The position numbers were made by a program, and so were the translations under genes. From NCBI GenBank assembly GCA_002811645.1, contig PDIP01000079.1, positions 19,576 through 83,575 of the forward strand: DNA of 64,000 nucleotides, read 5' to 3'. A model generated the notes under the pieces. That model saw nothing but the letters and a program-made list of their open reading frames with translations. It was not told where the DNA came from and ran no database searches. Below, in pieces: positions 21,547-33,117 of this stretch; the stretch's first letter is position 1, and the number at the start of each line of letters is the position of its first letter. Source of the DNA: Corallochytrium limacisporum Hawaii (Eukaryota; Protista; Pluriformea).

Positions 21547-24434
21547 TTTGGCTCTCTTCTGTTGTTTGGTATCGTCATTTACGGCAGAGGATTTTCACAA
21601 ATATTTATTTCTGCTCTAAGGTCACCCAAATACCTAGATATGGTTTCGGTTTTCATTGCATGGCGCTCTTCGTTGTTATTCTCTATGTCGTCTGAATGCG
21701 CAAAATTGACCGTTCCCATTTGGCTCCTTTGGGTTCGTGCCAGTCTAATTGCCGGTACACACCGTGCTGTACGAAAAAGTCTTGGCCGTCGTCATCATTC
21801 GCCCCGATATATAATATTAAAACCAATGAAAAATGCCAAAACAATTCCCGCGCAAGGGCGGTACTTCAAAGACTCCCGCCCTTCCCTGCATAAAATCACC
21901 CACTCTGTACTGAATGTACTGCGACTCCTGTTGCACCAGTTCCTCACGGTCAAGGATCTTCCCCGTCCGGTACTGTGGCTGTTCCTGGATAGGTCCTATG
22001 TTGATAAATGTAAGAGATCCATACTAGATACACTACTTTTTTGACGAGTCATATACATTTCAAAAAAATCTGCGGTCATATGTAACGCTTTCTGTAGCTC
22101 TCACCACTCAGGCACATGCCCGGTTTCCTAATAAAGAGGAAGAAAGGAAAATTTTGCTTCCAAATTTGGTCCCCATGTACTGGGAGTTCACGTGGTGCAG
22201 CATTTTTGTATCCCGCACTGTTACTCAGAATTAGCGCCGACAGGCAGCAAAGTTCACTATGGTGGAGAAATAACACCCTTGAGCAGACCGCGGCTAGGGA
22301 AGGAAGGACCGGTGAAGCCCCAATGAACAGCTGCGGATCCGTCTGCTCGGGCAATGGCGTACATTGTGTGTGCCAACACGAGTCCCCTGCGCGGTGGTCC
22401 ATTTCCTGATTTCCCGAGAAATTCAGAACACAGTGACTGAAAAAAAAACACTATTCGGAGGGTGTTAACCCCTCCTCCCCCCGCGCTGGCCGAAAGGTTC
22501 TCGTACGTTCAGTACCAGTATGCGACATGAGCGGATTGTGGCTGATAACGGTGCAAGCCCCAGAAATTAAATAGGCCCCGGTCTTAACCGATGGAATCCA
22601 TCCCTTGGGGGCCGGCTCCCTGGCCGGTCCGCTTGTGTGCCGGTCGGGTGAGGGTTGCCAAGCATGACCTCGACCTCTTAGGCCTTGGCCGTTTGATATT
22701 TGGACTATATTGTAAACAGTAAAGACACCAATTCCAGCGTCCGACGAGACAAGATGGTGTCAAAAGTGAATCCATGCAGTGAGGTAACAGATTTGCGCAA
22801 GTTCGTCACGGTCTCCACTTGACGCCATCAGAATACAAATAACCACGGCTAGCTTGAGCCTTCTTTAGACCTGACCGCGAGGGAGGATACGATAATGGTA
22901 TACATCAAGCCATACAAAAGTAGATTGTCTGTACCTCACTGCTTGATTCTTTGATCCGATTGGCTCTGAGTAGCCCCTGGTCACGTTCCACTTCCTCCAC
23001 GACCACCAACACGATGATGGATGCCGGAGATGATGAGAAATTTCTTTCCCTGATCTCCTACGAATCCCGCTAGAATGCAACCGGCATCCTAGACGGAACA
23101 CATACGACCGGCCGGGTGGCTGACTGAGCATGTTCGCGTTTGTCTTGCGTCGGTGTATCGATTCGTTGGTCGTATTCCCCCATATGAAGAAAAACTTTCC
23201 CCCAAGTGTGAAGAAAAACCTGTAGGCCTGGGTACTTCGAGAGCCCGGCCCCGTCTCAGGAAAACGGGGCAGAGGCAAATCACTCTCCTCAGACACGAAT
23301 CGCTGCATCGTGAGTGGTGGCCGGGCGCGTAAATTTCAAAATGCGGCGTGGGGCCTGTGAAGGGGGCAATTGCAGTACACTCAGTACCAATACGGCCCGC
23401 GCACACAAGAGAGGGGGAACCAAAAATGGATGTCCCGGACACTGTCCGGTACCCGCCCCCACCCCTCTATCCTGGGTCCATTTTTTTCTTTCCTTTGCGG
23501 CTTAAGTATAGGAAATATACTGCTGTATTTTAAAAAGGGACAGAATATTTGCACAGCCTCCCCGAAAGGTGAGGCACCGCAATCTCCTGGAGAGCCGAGT
23601 GCTGGGGGGGGGAGGGGAGAGGGGGGAGGGTTGGTAATGGAGAGAGAAGGGAAACGGGGGAGCAGGGACGTGGGGAAGCCGCGGAGGAGGGGGGGGGTCT
23701 CGAAAACCGGGAGGCGGAGGGGGCCTCATTTTCTCCAACTTCGCAAAGATCGCGGGAGGAAGAAGAGCGAGAATTGACGGACAGATGCGCTGGGCGGGAA
23801 ATACGGTGCCATATATTTTCCATAGAGAGCAGTGGGCACCGTAGGGACGGGAGGGGTTTCCAGGGCCTCGAGACTGGCTGATGGGTTCTCCCGAGCGGTA
23901 AGGTCGCATCGCAGCCATTGGAACGGCACCACACACACACACAGAGAGAGAGACAGAGTTGGGAGGCATCGTGTGTGCCGTGCACTGGTTGTGCGTGTAA
24001 TACGTGCCACCTTCGGTTGGTACACTTTGGAATTCGCAGAGCCAGCGTCTCCCATTGTGCACTGGACAAACCACTCTAGTGTATTTTGTTTTGTTTGGGC
24101 ACTTCGTGGCGTCATCGGACCGGTTGGAACAAAGAGCCATTGCGAACAGAAACAAGAGAAATAAACAGGAAGTATTCTGTATCCGATGTTATGACATGGG
24201 AAAAAGACACCGCATAAAAAGTCTAAGATATACTGGCTTTTTGCAGTCAAATCAGTCAGATCGAACGCACTGCAACCTTGGTATAAGAGCCATCCTGATC
24301 AGAAATCTAAGTGGTGCAATCTGGAGACCCAAAGAGCGTTCATGTGAAAACACAGTGTCTCGATCAGATGGTAGTTTGCAGGTCAATACCATGTAGTCTA
24401 ATTTGGCACTTCAAAGCAAGTAGGGAGTCATAAG

Positions 24435-26267
24435 ATGTACAGACAAGAAGGGTCTCACGATGAAGATGGTTCCGCCAGACGGCGGGGCACCGCCACACAG
24501 GGGACTGAACAACAAAGAGAATCAAGTTCATCTCCAAGTCTCTTTCAGGGTTCACAGATGTCGATCGGTTCCCAAGGGCGACCAGCATACGCTCAGTCCG
24601 AGTCACTCATGTCCCAGACGACAACTCCCCCACGCAACCCCCAGCATCAGAGCGTCCTGATGCAACAGATTCAAAGCCTTAGTCCTGAACAGCGGGAACT
24701 TATGCGCTCCCTTGGCTGGGGCAACCAACCCTCACTCAGTCCAGAGCAGCTGGCTCTGCTTCAATCTGGGCAACCACGGGAGATCATGGCCGGAATGAAC
24801 CTCGACAGCGTGCACAAGGCCATGGAAGGCCTGCGGATCTCAACTCCGGGAGCTTCCTCGGGTCGTGGTAAATGGGAAGGCTCGAGTCGTGGTTCTAGTG
24901 CACCGGGTACTCCTAGTCGTCTTGTCAGCGTACAAAGTCTGGCAGATGTCACTCCAAGCCATACTGTCGGTCAAATATACGAGGACACTGCAGCGGCCTC
25001 TGCTCTACCCCCGGGATTCGAATACGGCGGAGGCTCGAGCTATGCACATATGCGCCATGGCTCGTTCCCGACGGGACATTCCTCGTCCGCTGCAATGAGG
25101 GGCAGTTCCTCCGACTGGTCGATCCATACCGCCGTCCAAGAAACCGCTGTACAGAGTGAACCTACGTACTATCAACGGTTCTCTGCGGGGACCTCCTTCG
25201 TACCACCGGGTCTGCCTCAGCAGCAACAGCAGAGGGCGTCGTATGGTTTTGCACCCGGATCTCCCTCAGTCTGGCCACAGACAACAACTGTTCCCCAGGC
25301 CCAGCAACAGCAACACCAGCAGCCACAACACGGCGCCCATCAACACAGTCGTCCCAGGAGCAACCCGCCAGCTAGTTACCTCAGAGCGTCAACGGGTAGC
25401 AGCACCTCAGTGTCTGTTAGCATCGGCACGTCAACCGAATCTGTGGCAGCTACCAGCCATGGTCAACCCAAATACCTACCCGGCGCCGTCGGGGCGGCAC
25501 GGACCATCAAAGTGAGTCCTCCGGGCAGGCCCAAGTCGTACCCCGCCACAGCTCCCGCTGTGGTGGAAACGACGGCACCATCCGTTGCCCAGCCATTGAC
25601 GACAACCAGCGCGACCCAAACACCGCGCAAAGTCGACTCTGGCACGCAGACTCCCCGTCGTCTATCGCCGGGTAAGCAATTAAGTGGTGCCAGCCCGCGG
25701 TCTCAAGTCAGCAGCAAAGGCGGGTCCAAGCGCAGCAGTCCTCGGAGTGGTGGCCAGCAGAGCAGTGGCAGTAAACGAGAGCAAAAAAAGCCGGCTCCTG
25801 TGCAGGTCATTTCCATGGAGGACCGCGAGACTGATACAGAAGTGTCGTTCGCAGCGGCGGTGCGGTCCGCAGGATCGGAAGAGGACCTTCCTGAGGGCAC
25901 TCCTAGTTCTGCCGCCGGAAGCGGCGGTAAGGGACGTCGTCGCCGTCGAATTGCTCTGGAGCAGTTGGACTTCAGTGAGCAGGTCGGCAAAGACATCCCT
26001 TCCTTCCTGCGGTACCTCCGCCTTCACAAGTACAGCCCTTTGATTGAAAGCAAGGTGGCCAACATGCAGGAACTGGTGCGAATGGATGATCAAGACCTAT
26101 TGAACCTGGGTATCGAAGCCGCTGGTGCTCGAAACCGTCTTCTCAAGGGCATCGATCTCTATTGCTCACGTCTGCAGGCCGAAGCAGCGAGTGCCATCGC
26201 CCAAGCCACAGTACCTCAGGGCATTCAACTTCCCCCCTCACCGGAACCAAGCCAAGAAGCGAAGTGA
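24435..26267 (+). CDS. Smaug/Vts1-type RNA-binding SAM-domain protein with Q/S/P-rich disordered N-terminus
   Basis: C-terminal DIPSFLRYLRLHKYSPLI...LLNLGIEAAGARNRLLK matches the RNA-binding SAM signature. Confidence 0.85.
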   Translation: MYRQEGSHDEDGSARRRGTATQGTEQQRESSSSPSLFQGSQMSIGSQGRPAYAQSESLMSQTTTPPRNPQHQSVLMQQIQSLSPEQRELMRSLGWGNQPSLSPEQLALLQSGQPREIMAGMNLDSVHKAMEGLRISTPGASSGRGKWEGSSRGSSAPGTPSRLVSVQSLADVTPSHTVGQIYEDTAAASALPPGFEYGGGSSYAHMRHGSFPTGHSSSAAMRGSSSDWSIHTAVQETAVQSEPTYYQRFSAGTSFVPPGLPQQQQQRASYGFAPGSPSVWPQTTTVPQAQQQQHQQPQHGAHQHSRPRSNPPASYLRASTGSSTSVSVSIGTSTESVAATSHGQPKYLPGAVGAARTIKVSPPGRPKSYPATAPAVVETTAPSVAQPLTTTSATQTPRKVDSGTQTPRRLSPGKQLSGASPRSQVSSKGGSKRSSPRSGGQQSSGSKREQKKPAPVQVISMEDRETDTEVSFAAAVRSAGSEEDLPEGTPSSAAGSGGKGRRRRRIALEQLDFSEQVGKDIPSFLRYLRLHKYSPLIESKVANMQELVRMDDQDLLNLGIEAAGARNRLLKGIDLYCSRLQAEAASAIAQATVPQGIQLPPSPEPSQEAK

Positions 26268-26564
26268 ATCTTCGGCAACAGAGTCGTTTACAAACCAGAC
26301 GTAAGCTGAAGAATCGTCATCGTCATAGTCCAGTATGCCAAACACAGTAAAACCAGTTCTCCTGGCATAAGTCACATATTCAGAGAAATGCTCATACGCA
26401 TCAAACATATTAAAGTGGAATTCAACACAAGGTAGTCACTCATCTTTGCCAGCTCTGCAAACTGCACAGTCCTCGTCTTCATGTGCCGGTGAGACCGTAG
26501 TGTCCCCCTCCCTCTTCTCCCCCAGATTGGCAACCGAAGACGTCTCTTCCCCCTCCCCACCCCC

Positions 26565-26829
26565 NNNNNNNNNNNNNNNNNNNNNNNNNNNNNNNNNNNN
26601 NNNNNNNNNNNNNNNNNNNNNNNNNNNNNNNNNNNNNNNNNNNNNNNNNNNNNNNNNNNNNNNNNNNNNNNNNNNNNNNNNNNNNNNNNNNNNNNNNNNN
26701 NNNNNNNNNNNNNNNNNNNNNNNNNNNNNNNNNNNNNNNNNNNNNNNNNNNNNNNNNNNNNNNNNNNNNNNNNNNNNNNNNNNNNNNNNNNNNNNNNNNN
26801 NNNNNNNNNNNNNNNNNNNNNNNNNNNNN
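26565..26829. other. Assembly gap flanked by poly-C
   Basis: Run of N. Confidence 1.
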
Positions 26830-27143
26830 CCCCCCCCCCCCCCCCCCCCCCGGGGGCCGCGGGCGAGGGGGTCTCTTGCCCTCATGGGGACTTCACGCTA
26901 TTTCCACCTACTGAGGAACATGGAAGTTCAATTATATGTAGCTATTTGATGTCCCCTACAGAAAAATAAGTTCGTTCGAAAAGACACTGGGTTTACATTT
27001 ACGTTGCCCCTGAAGCAATACATATGAACTAAAGAATGGGAAGAAGGTAGAAAGGCATTTAGAAAGGCATCAGTGTTTATTGTGGCAATTCATAGGTGTT
27101 ATATACTGTAGAATTTCGGCACTGCATACTGAGTCTGCGCAAT

Positions 27144-27737
27144 ATGGAGGTCTTGAAAGCAGACGCAGGTGTTTTGACTAATTTTGAAGTACTTGATTTG
27201 GTACGGGAAGTTCGATCAAAGGCAGCCACGGTACGTATGAGTACCCTTGGCAGTGTCGAGGATCTCTTGGACGAGACTAACAAACCCAACGGCAAGAAGG
27301 ATACCGCAACGAACGGAAGTTCAAGTGCAAACGAAGCCTCCAATAACGACGGGTCTGGCAGTCCGCTACCCCGTGAATCCTACAGACCGCAGCACAAGTC
27401 ACTGATGACCGTGACTTATGAGGTACAGCAGTACCTTGAAGAGACCTCATGCGTTGCTCAGACCGCGGACATTGTCATCGCCGCCAAGGACACATTTCGA
27501 GGATTGGAACTCCGGGACGAGGAAATTATTCAAATCATTAACTCACGACCTGCCAACTTGGTTGAATTGGCGATCACCATTCCGGACATGGACGAGCGCT
27601 TTTCTGAAGAGGCACTGGATCAGATCCTGAATACCATTGCTGACACCTTGCCTTCGGAACAGAGTCTGGACGTTCCCAAGGAACCCATCGTCGAAGACGA
27701 GGATGTTAAAGATGTCAAAAGTGAGGATGGAAAATGA
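27144..27737 (+). CDS. RNA polymerase III subunit RPC9/C17 (CRCP; Rpb4 family)
   Basis: MEVLKADAGVLTNFEVLDLV, TVTYEVQQYL, EIIQIINSRP, MDERFSEE; AAT-ATG at 27144. Confidence 0.9.
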   Translation: MEVLKADAGVLTNFEVLDLVREVRSKAATVRMSTLGSVEDLLDETNKPNGKKDTATNGSSSANEASNNDGSGSPLPRESYRPQHKSLMTVTYEVQQYLEETSCVAQTADIVIAAKDTFRGLELRDEEIIQIINSRPANLVELAITIPDMDERFSEEALDQILNTIADTLPSEQSLDVPKEPIVEDEDVKDVKSEDGK

Positions 27738-27856
27738 AGAATAGGATAAGTGATACCTGTCAACATTAAAGAAATTTTGTGGTTTCACACTGCATAAGTT
27801 GACTACGGAATGGAAAAGTTTCTAGACTACTGTATACATTACGATTGAGATTTCTA

Positions 27857-29107
27857 TCATGCCATCTGTCCTCCAGCGGCACCCATGGCTGCCAGCAGCT
27901 GGGCCTGGTTACGGTACGGATCATCAGGAACAATGGAAACAAAGAAGTCGCGCACCAGCAGCACAGTGGCCTTCACCACACCAAGGCGCTGGGGCTCTTG
28001 AGGTTGCTCACTTTGTTCGCTTCCATCCTGACCCTGTCGCTGTGCTTCGGCAGTGCCATTAGCCGAGTCTTCTGCAGATGCGTCATCTTCGCCACCTTCC
28101 CTCTCAGAGCTGTCACGTGGCTGAGCCCGCTCAGTCACGGTCTCTTCCCGCTGTTGTTCATCTGATGGAGGCTGGTTCCCCTCTTGTCTCCGCTGTTCCT
28201 CCTCTGCTGCCTGACGGCGTCGTGCCTCCTCACGCTCCTTGCGTTCCTGTGCTTCCCGTTCCTGCTGACGCCTTCGCATAGGATCCAGATAGTACTCATA
28301 CATGGCCTGCTGCATGAGGTAGATGCCCAGACCGAGCAATGCCACCGCCGCGACACGAGCCCAGTTTCCGTGTTGTGCCATGACAAAAACCATGACCAAA
28401 GCCTTCACTAGGGTCCATACTAGGCTATGGTTGTGGCGCTCAGCAATACCCATGTCTTGTCCATTGTCCTCGACAAGAGCCTGCAGGCGGAAGCGACCTT
28501 CATCCTCGTCCACGTTCTCATCATTGTTCTCCTCGACCTCTTCAACTTCGATAGGTCCCTCCACGTTAGTTTCGGGTTCACGACCCTGAGTGTTCTGGCT
28601 CGTCCCAAAGACGCCTGAGTGAGCTTCCTTTGTGAAATAGCCGCTCGCACCTGCCCCAGCAGCCGGTAGGCACTGGGCCGGAACTGCGTACGGCAGGCCA
28701 TTGTAGTGGCACACAACCCATTGTCCATCAAAGCCAGGGAAGGGAGCTGGTAGGGCAGGGTACGCTGTCGGTTGAGGAGTCCGGCAGTACTGTTGTGGTG
28801 TCCGAGCTGGCTGGGAACTTGTTTCAACCTCTGCTGCCTTGACGGGCTCCTTTGCTTTTCCAACTACGACTTCCTGGTCCTTGCTAATCACGAAGCACTC
28901 CACTTTTCCGTCCGTGGCAACGCTATACAGTGGACACGTCGATGCGACTTCCTTGCCCTTGACTATCCATTTCTGTTCTTCATTTATTCCGTACTCTTTG
29001 CTCAAGAGTTTTTTGGCTGATCCTACAGTGTCCAAAGCCATGGCCTGGGCCTTAAGCACGGCCCTACTCGGGATGTGTCGTGCGTATATTTCTACTGAAG
29101 CCGTCAT
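27857..29107 (-). CDS. HERP/Usa1-like ERAD membrane protein with N-terminal ubiquitin-like domain
   Basis: N-terminal UBL-like region (TVGSAKKLL..EQKWIVKGKEV); hydrophobic hairpin WTLVK..GNWARV..IYLMQ; C-terminal FFVSIVPD. Confidence 0.75.
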   Translation of the reverse strand: MTASVEIYARHIPSRAVLKAQAMALDTVGSAKKLLSKEYGINEEQKWIVKGKEVASTCPLYSVATDGKVECFVISKDQEVVVGKAKEPVKAAEVETSSQPARTPQQYCRTPQPTAYPALPAPFPGFDGQWVVCHYNGLPYAVPAQCLPAAGAGASGYFTKEAHSGVFGTSQNTQGREPETNVEGPIEVEEVEENNDENVDEDEGRFRLQALVEDNGQDMGIAERHNHSLVWTLVKALVMVFVMAQHGNWARVAAVALLGLGIYLMQQAMYEYYLDPMRRRQQEREAQERKEREEARRRQAAEEEQRRQEGNQPPSDEQQREETVTERAQPRDSSEREGGEDDASAEDSANGTAEAQRQGQDGSEQSEQPQEPQRLGVVKATVLLVRDFFVSIVPDDPYRNQAQLLAAMGAAGGQMA

Positions 29108-29117
29108 GGTTAACTTG

Positions 29118-29318
29118 CTGACAAAAGAATTTGTCTCCCGGAAATTCTATCACACCACTTATGATTCGCAAATTGGATAAACACTGAGTATTCCCTATCA
29201 CATCCATACAGACGAGTAGTCATTATAAATCACAAGTTCACAGTATAAGTCTTAAATTGTAATGGTTGGGTTCAAATAGCACCATTGCCATACTCCACAC
29301 AAGTATGGTTAGGCGTAC
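29118..29318 (-). other. Putative 5'-UTR intron of the HERP-like gene
   Basis: Minus strand GAAG|GTACGC donor; TTCTTTTGTCAG| acceptor 10 nt before the ATG; donor choice uncertain. Confidence 0.4.
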
Positions 29319-31521
29319 CTTCAATTGCATACGACCTTGTAGAACGTCGTTTGGAACCACGAACGCGAACCCTTTGCCTGCGAATCTATGTTCCTGGCGG
29401 GCTTAACCAACAAGTGGTCTGCGGGTCCTACAGGGGATGGTCTATTTATTGTCTCGGTTGCACGTTCGTCACGGGACGGATTGGGGTGCGTGATGTGTCA
29501 ATCTGGCGTTCGCTTCCTGCTCCATCCCAAGCGACTCCGATTTTCCCCTTGCACCCCCTCTTAACCCCTCTTGCGGTCTACCCCTTCCACTGTCCTGGGC
29601 TTTTGTCTTCTGCATTTTCTCCCTTTCTCTTTCTTATTTTTTCTTCTTTGGGCCTCCGGTGCGAACTGTGGTCAGTCAGAAATTCCCTCTCTCGTGTCTC
29701 CCGACTGCAAAGGGTGTCATGCTATGAAACCGTTCTCCGCTGGTTTCACCACTTCTTGATTTTCTTTTTCCTTGGACTCTCGGGCAGTTTGCTACGGGCC
29801 TTGGCCTTCCTCGCCACACACATTCCCCATCGTCTTCCCATCGTCCGCTCAGCGGGCTTCCGGATGGGCCCCAAGGGTCGACGAAACAACGGACCTCTCT
29901 CCTGAAGTGCTGACACCTGGGCAGGGACGAAAAAAAAAAGTGGGCGGGGGTATACTGAGACAGTGGCAACCTGAGCTTTGCAACGGTGTGGCCATTCTCC
30001 GTTTCCCTCTCTCCCCTTTTTCCTTTTTTTTTCTTTCTTCCTTTTCTCATCTACTCTTATTCCCCCCTTGGAGAAACTTTGCACCGCGGTCGGCTTGGGA
30101 AGAAGGAAAACTACCAAGGACGACAGAGGTCGTGCAGGGGTAGGGGTGTGGGGACAAATTAACACAAGAGATGGCTGGGTATTTTTTTCTTCTTCCTTTA
30201 ATTCTGGGCGTTGACCAAAATTGTAAATCGTGTGTCGTCCTGTCCCGTTATAATTGTATGGGATGGAGCACACCACCCTTTCCCGCCAGGAAGTTTTACT
30301 ACCTTTGGAGCGCCGCTGGTCCACGGCCTCCGACAAATTCTTTTGTTCCTTTTCTTTTTCTTTTCGAACTGACGCCGCCGTAAATCACGCGGGGTCAGCC
30401 GGGTTCATCGGGCCAGTTCTCCGGGTCTTTTTCTTTTTTTTTTTTTGCGAGTTTTCTTCGCACCTGACCACTTTTCCTTTCCATTTATCCGTGCCAGAGG
30501 GTAGGGCAGGGAGGGAGGGGAGGGAGAAAAAATGGGGGTAAAAATAGTGGGCGCACTACCTCCCTTCCCCTCCCTTCCCCTCCCTGATTCTGTCTGGTAC
30601 ATTTACCTCCGCAGCTGCAGCCGTTGACCTGGCCAGCGTTGATTGGTCGGTCGGAGCCTCTCCCCGCGGGGAGGGGGGGGTGGTCGCGCTGGGCCTCCGT
30701 ACCCCTTCCGGGAAGAAATTGCGATGTGCCATGCGATGGATTATGGCAAGCACGTCAGCTATAGATGACCGGTGTTGCAGTATGTATATAGAAAGTAGAA
30801 GACTATTACTATCATCTTGTCACTTCTTGGGTTGCTCTGGTTGTGTGCACCGGTGACATGCCCGACTGTCGACGTGTCCGACCCCAATAATTGCGTTGCG
30901 CCCCCTCCCCCCCCCACAAATTTACGCGGCTACAGAAACGGAGAGGCCTGGTCAGTAGTAAATATACCCGAGTTGAAAAACGTAGCGATGGACCAGAAGC
31001 CCGAGACGAGTACGTCGAAGTGCAACCGTGAAAATAGTCACGGTACGCACGGAGCACTGTGTGGTACGCTCGGCCCATAATGGAACGCAACCGATCTGTG
31101 GCCAAAACTATGCATACTCGCGATAAGATCACCGGAAGCAACAGCGAGCTTGGCATAGTTTCTTGGTGGTGAAAGGTTGTCCCGCTTCCTCTCTTCCCGC
31201 CCCCTCCCCCCGGCCCCTGGAGCCAGCCCTTGAGCGGAGGAAAGCAGTCCTACAGCCGATCTCGATTCTGGGGCCTATTTTCGACGTGAATAATATTTGT
31301 CTGAATCAAATGGTTTCCCGGGTCTGTCCCGGAAGAGGGGCGCGGGTTCCGGTCGTAAACATCACGATGGTGAGAAGGTTGAAAAGTAATAGCTTGGGTG
31401 GAACGGTGGAGAGCTGGATCCGCGCGTATCCTGATGGTTGTACACTCATCAGTTTTTGTTCGCTTCGGTTTCATCATGATGTGAAAAGAAGAGGGATAAG
31501 TTCGTTGCTAAATACCAGATC

Positions 31522-33117
31522 ATGGCGGCCGTACCAACACGGGTGCTGCCCGCGCAGCGGCACGGATCATACTCAGGGACGCGAATCCAGGGGTATCTCA
31601 TGAAATGGACCAATCTGGCCTTTGGATATCAGAGACGGTACGTTGTAGTTACCAGGGGGCTCCTGGGTTACGCGTACAGCGAAGAGGACTACCACGCAGG
31701 GGCTGGCCGTGGGTCTATGGTCATGAGAGGTGCCGTAGTCACACGCGATCCTACCGACAGCGAAAGCTTCACGGTTGAGACCTACGCAGCGAAATACTAC
31801 TTGCGGGCAAGTTCTCCAGCTGATAGGGACCGCTGGTTGACAGCTCTCGAGCTGGCCAGTAAGGACAGTACGGCGGTTGATGGAGAAGCCGTGGATACAC
31901 TAATGATCCTGCAAACGCTGAATCTGCGCCTGTACGAGGTATCGGATCTCAAAAAGAACATGGACCGCGTACTGCAGAGTACAAAGTCAATACTAAGGCA
32001 GGAGAAGGTACCGATTGATGCCGGAATGTTTGATGGCATTGCAGATAGCCTGCGGACCCAGATCCACTTTCTAGATGGGGCGTTGGAGAGCTTTATCAAC
32101 AGTGTGGATACACAACAAAAGCAGTGGCGTAAGGACATTATGGACGAGGTCAAAAGGATCAAAGAAGCTGGTATGTCTGATGCAGGCACTCCAGTTATTA
32201 CTCCACGCACTCCGCGGGCTGCGCTGGCACCCCTCCGTTCCCAAGACATATTGCTAGCGCGGGTGGATTCGTTGTCGAGGCGTGGCGATGACTACGACGA
32301 CGATGACGATAGCTTCTATGACGCTGGAGAGAGCATCATTGCATCCTCGGCAGGAGTAGAGGAGAAGCCTGATGTGATGGAAACAGAGCTGCAAAAAGAA
32401 GCAAAGGCCGCCCATGCAGCCATTCGAGGGATCCGAAAGTCACTTACCAAGCCACTACCGGACGGATTCGACGATACGGACCTACTGCGCTTTCTGATTG
32501 CCCGCAACTTTGACATTGCAAAAGCCACGGCAATGCTGGATTCCTGTATTGATTGGAGACAGTCCTTTTTGCCTGCTACCATTACTACCGAAGAGGTTCA
32601 ATCGGAGCTGGGGAAGGGATCCATATTCCTCTGTGGTCACGACCTTGAGAAGCGGCCAATTCTCATCTTGGACCTAGGCAAGAACACACCCAGCAACACT
32701 GACATTGTGATCTTCACAAGAATGGTAGTATTATTTATGGAAAGCGTAGTTGACTGTATGCCACACAATGTGCACCAATTTACCATGATCCTGGATTTCA
32801 ACACCTTCTCCCTGAATTCCGCTGACATGAATCAGACTAAGGGGCTCTTCCAGGTATTGTCGGACTACTACCCAGAGCGACTTGGATGTTGCCTCTTGGT
32901 GGATGCTCCATGGATGTTCAATGCAGTTTGGTATGCTCTAAAAGGTCTCATGAGCCCGCGGACCATCTCCAAGATTCATTTCATCAATCGTGGAGACATA
33001 CCCAAATATATCGAAGGAAAAGAAATACCACAGCGGTTTGGAGGACGGATGGACTATGAGTACTCTGTGGACCCGAAGGCGCCCCTTGGGCCCGCCACTA
33101 AATACTTGACCCCTTAG
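31522..33117 (+). CDS. PH domain (OSBP/CERT type) + FFAT motif + CRAL-TRIO/Sec14 lipid-transfer protein
   Basis: GYLMKWTN..GYQRRY..YLRASSPADRDRWLTALE (PH); DDDDDSFYDAGE (FFAT); DLLRFLIARNFD, GHDLEKRPI, YYPERLG..APWMF, TISKIHF, PQRFGG (CRAL-TRIO). Confidence 0.92.
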   Translation: MAAVPTRVLPAQRHGSYSGTRIQGYLMKWTNLAFGYQRRYVVVTRGLLGYAYSEEDYHAGAGRGSMVMRGAVVTRDPTDSESFTVETYAAKYYLRASSPADRDRWLTALELASKDSTAVDGEAVDTLMILQTLNLRLYEVSDLKKNMDRVLQSTKSILRQEKVPIDAGMFDGIADSLRTQIHFLDGALESFINSVDTQQKQWRKDIMDEVKRIKEAGMSDAGTPVITPRTPRAALAPLRSQDILLARVDSLSRRGDDYDDDDDSFYDAGESIIASSAGVEEKPDVMETELQKEAKAAHAAIRGIRKSLTKPLPDGFDDTDLLRFLIARNFDIAKATAMLDSCIDWRQSFLPATITTEEVQSELGKGSIFLCGHDLEKRPILILDLGKNTPSNTDIVIFTRMVVLFMESVVDCMPHNVHQFTMILDFNTFSLNSADMNQTKGLFQVLSDYYPERLGCCLLVDAPWMFNAVWYALKGLMSPRTISKIHFINRGDIPKYIEGKEIPQRFGGRMDYEYSVDPKAPLGPATKYLTP

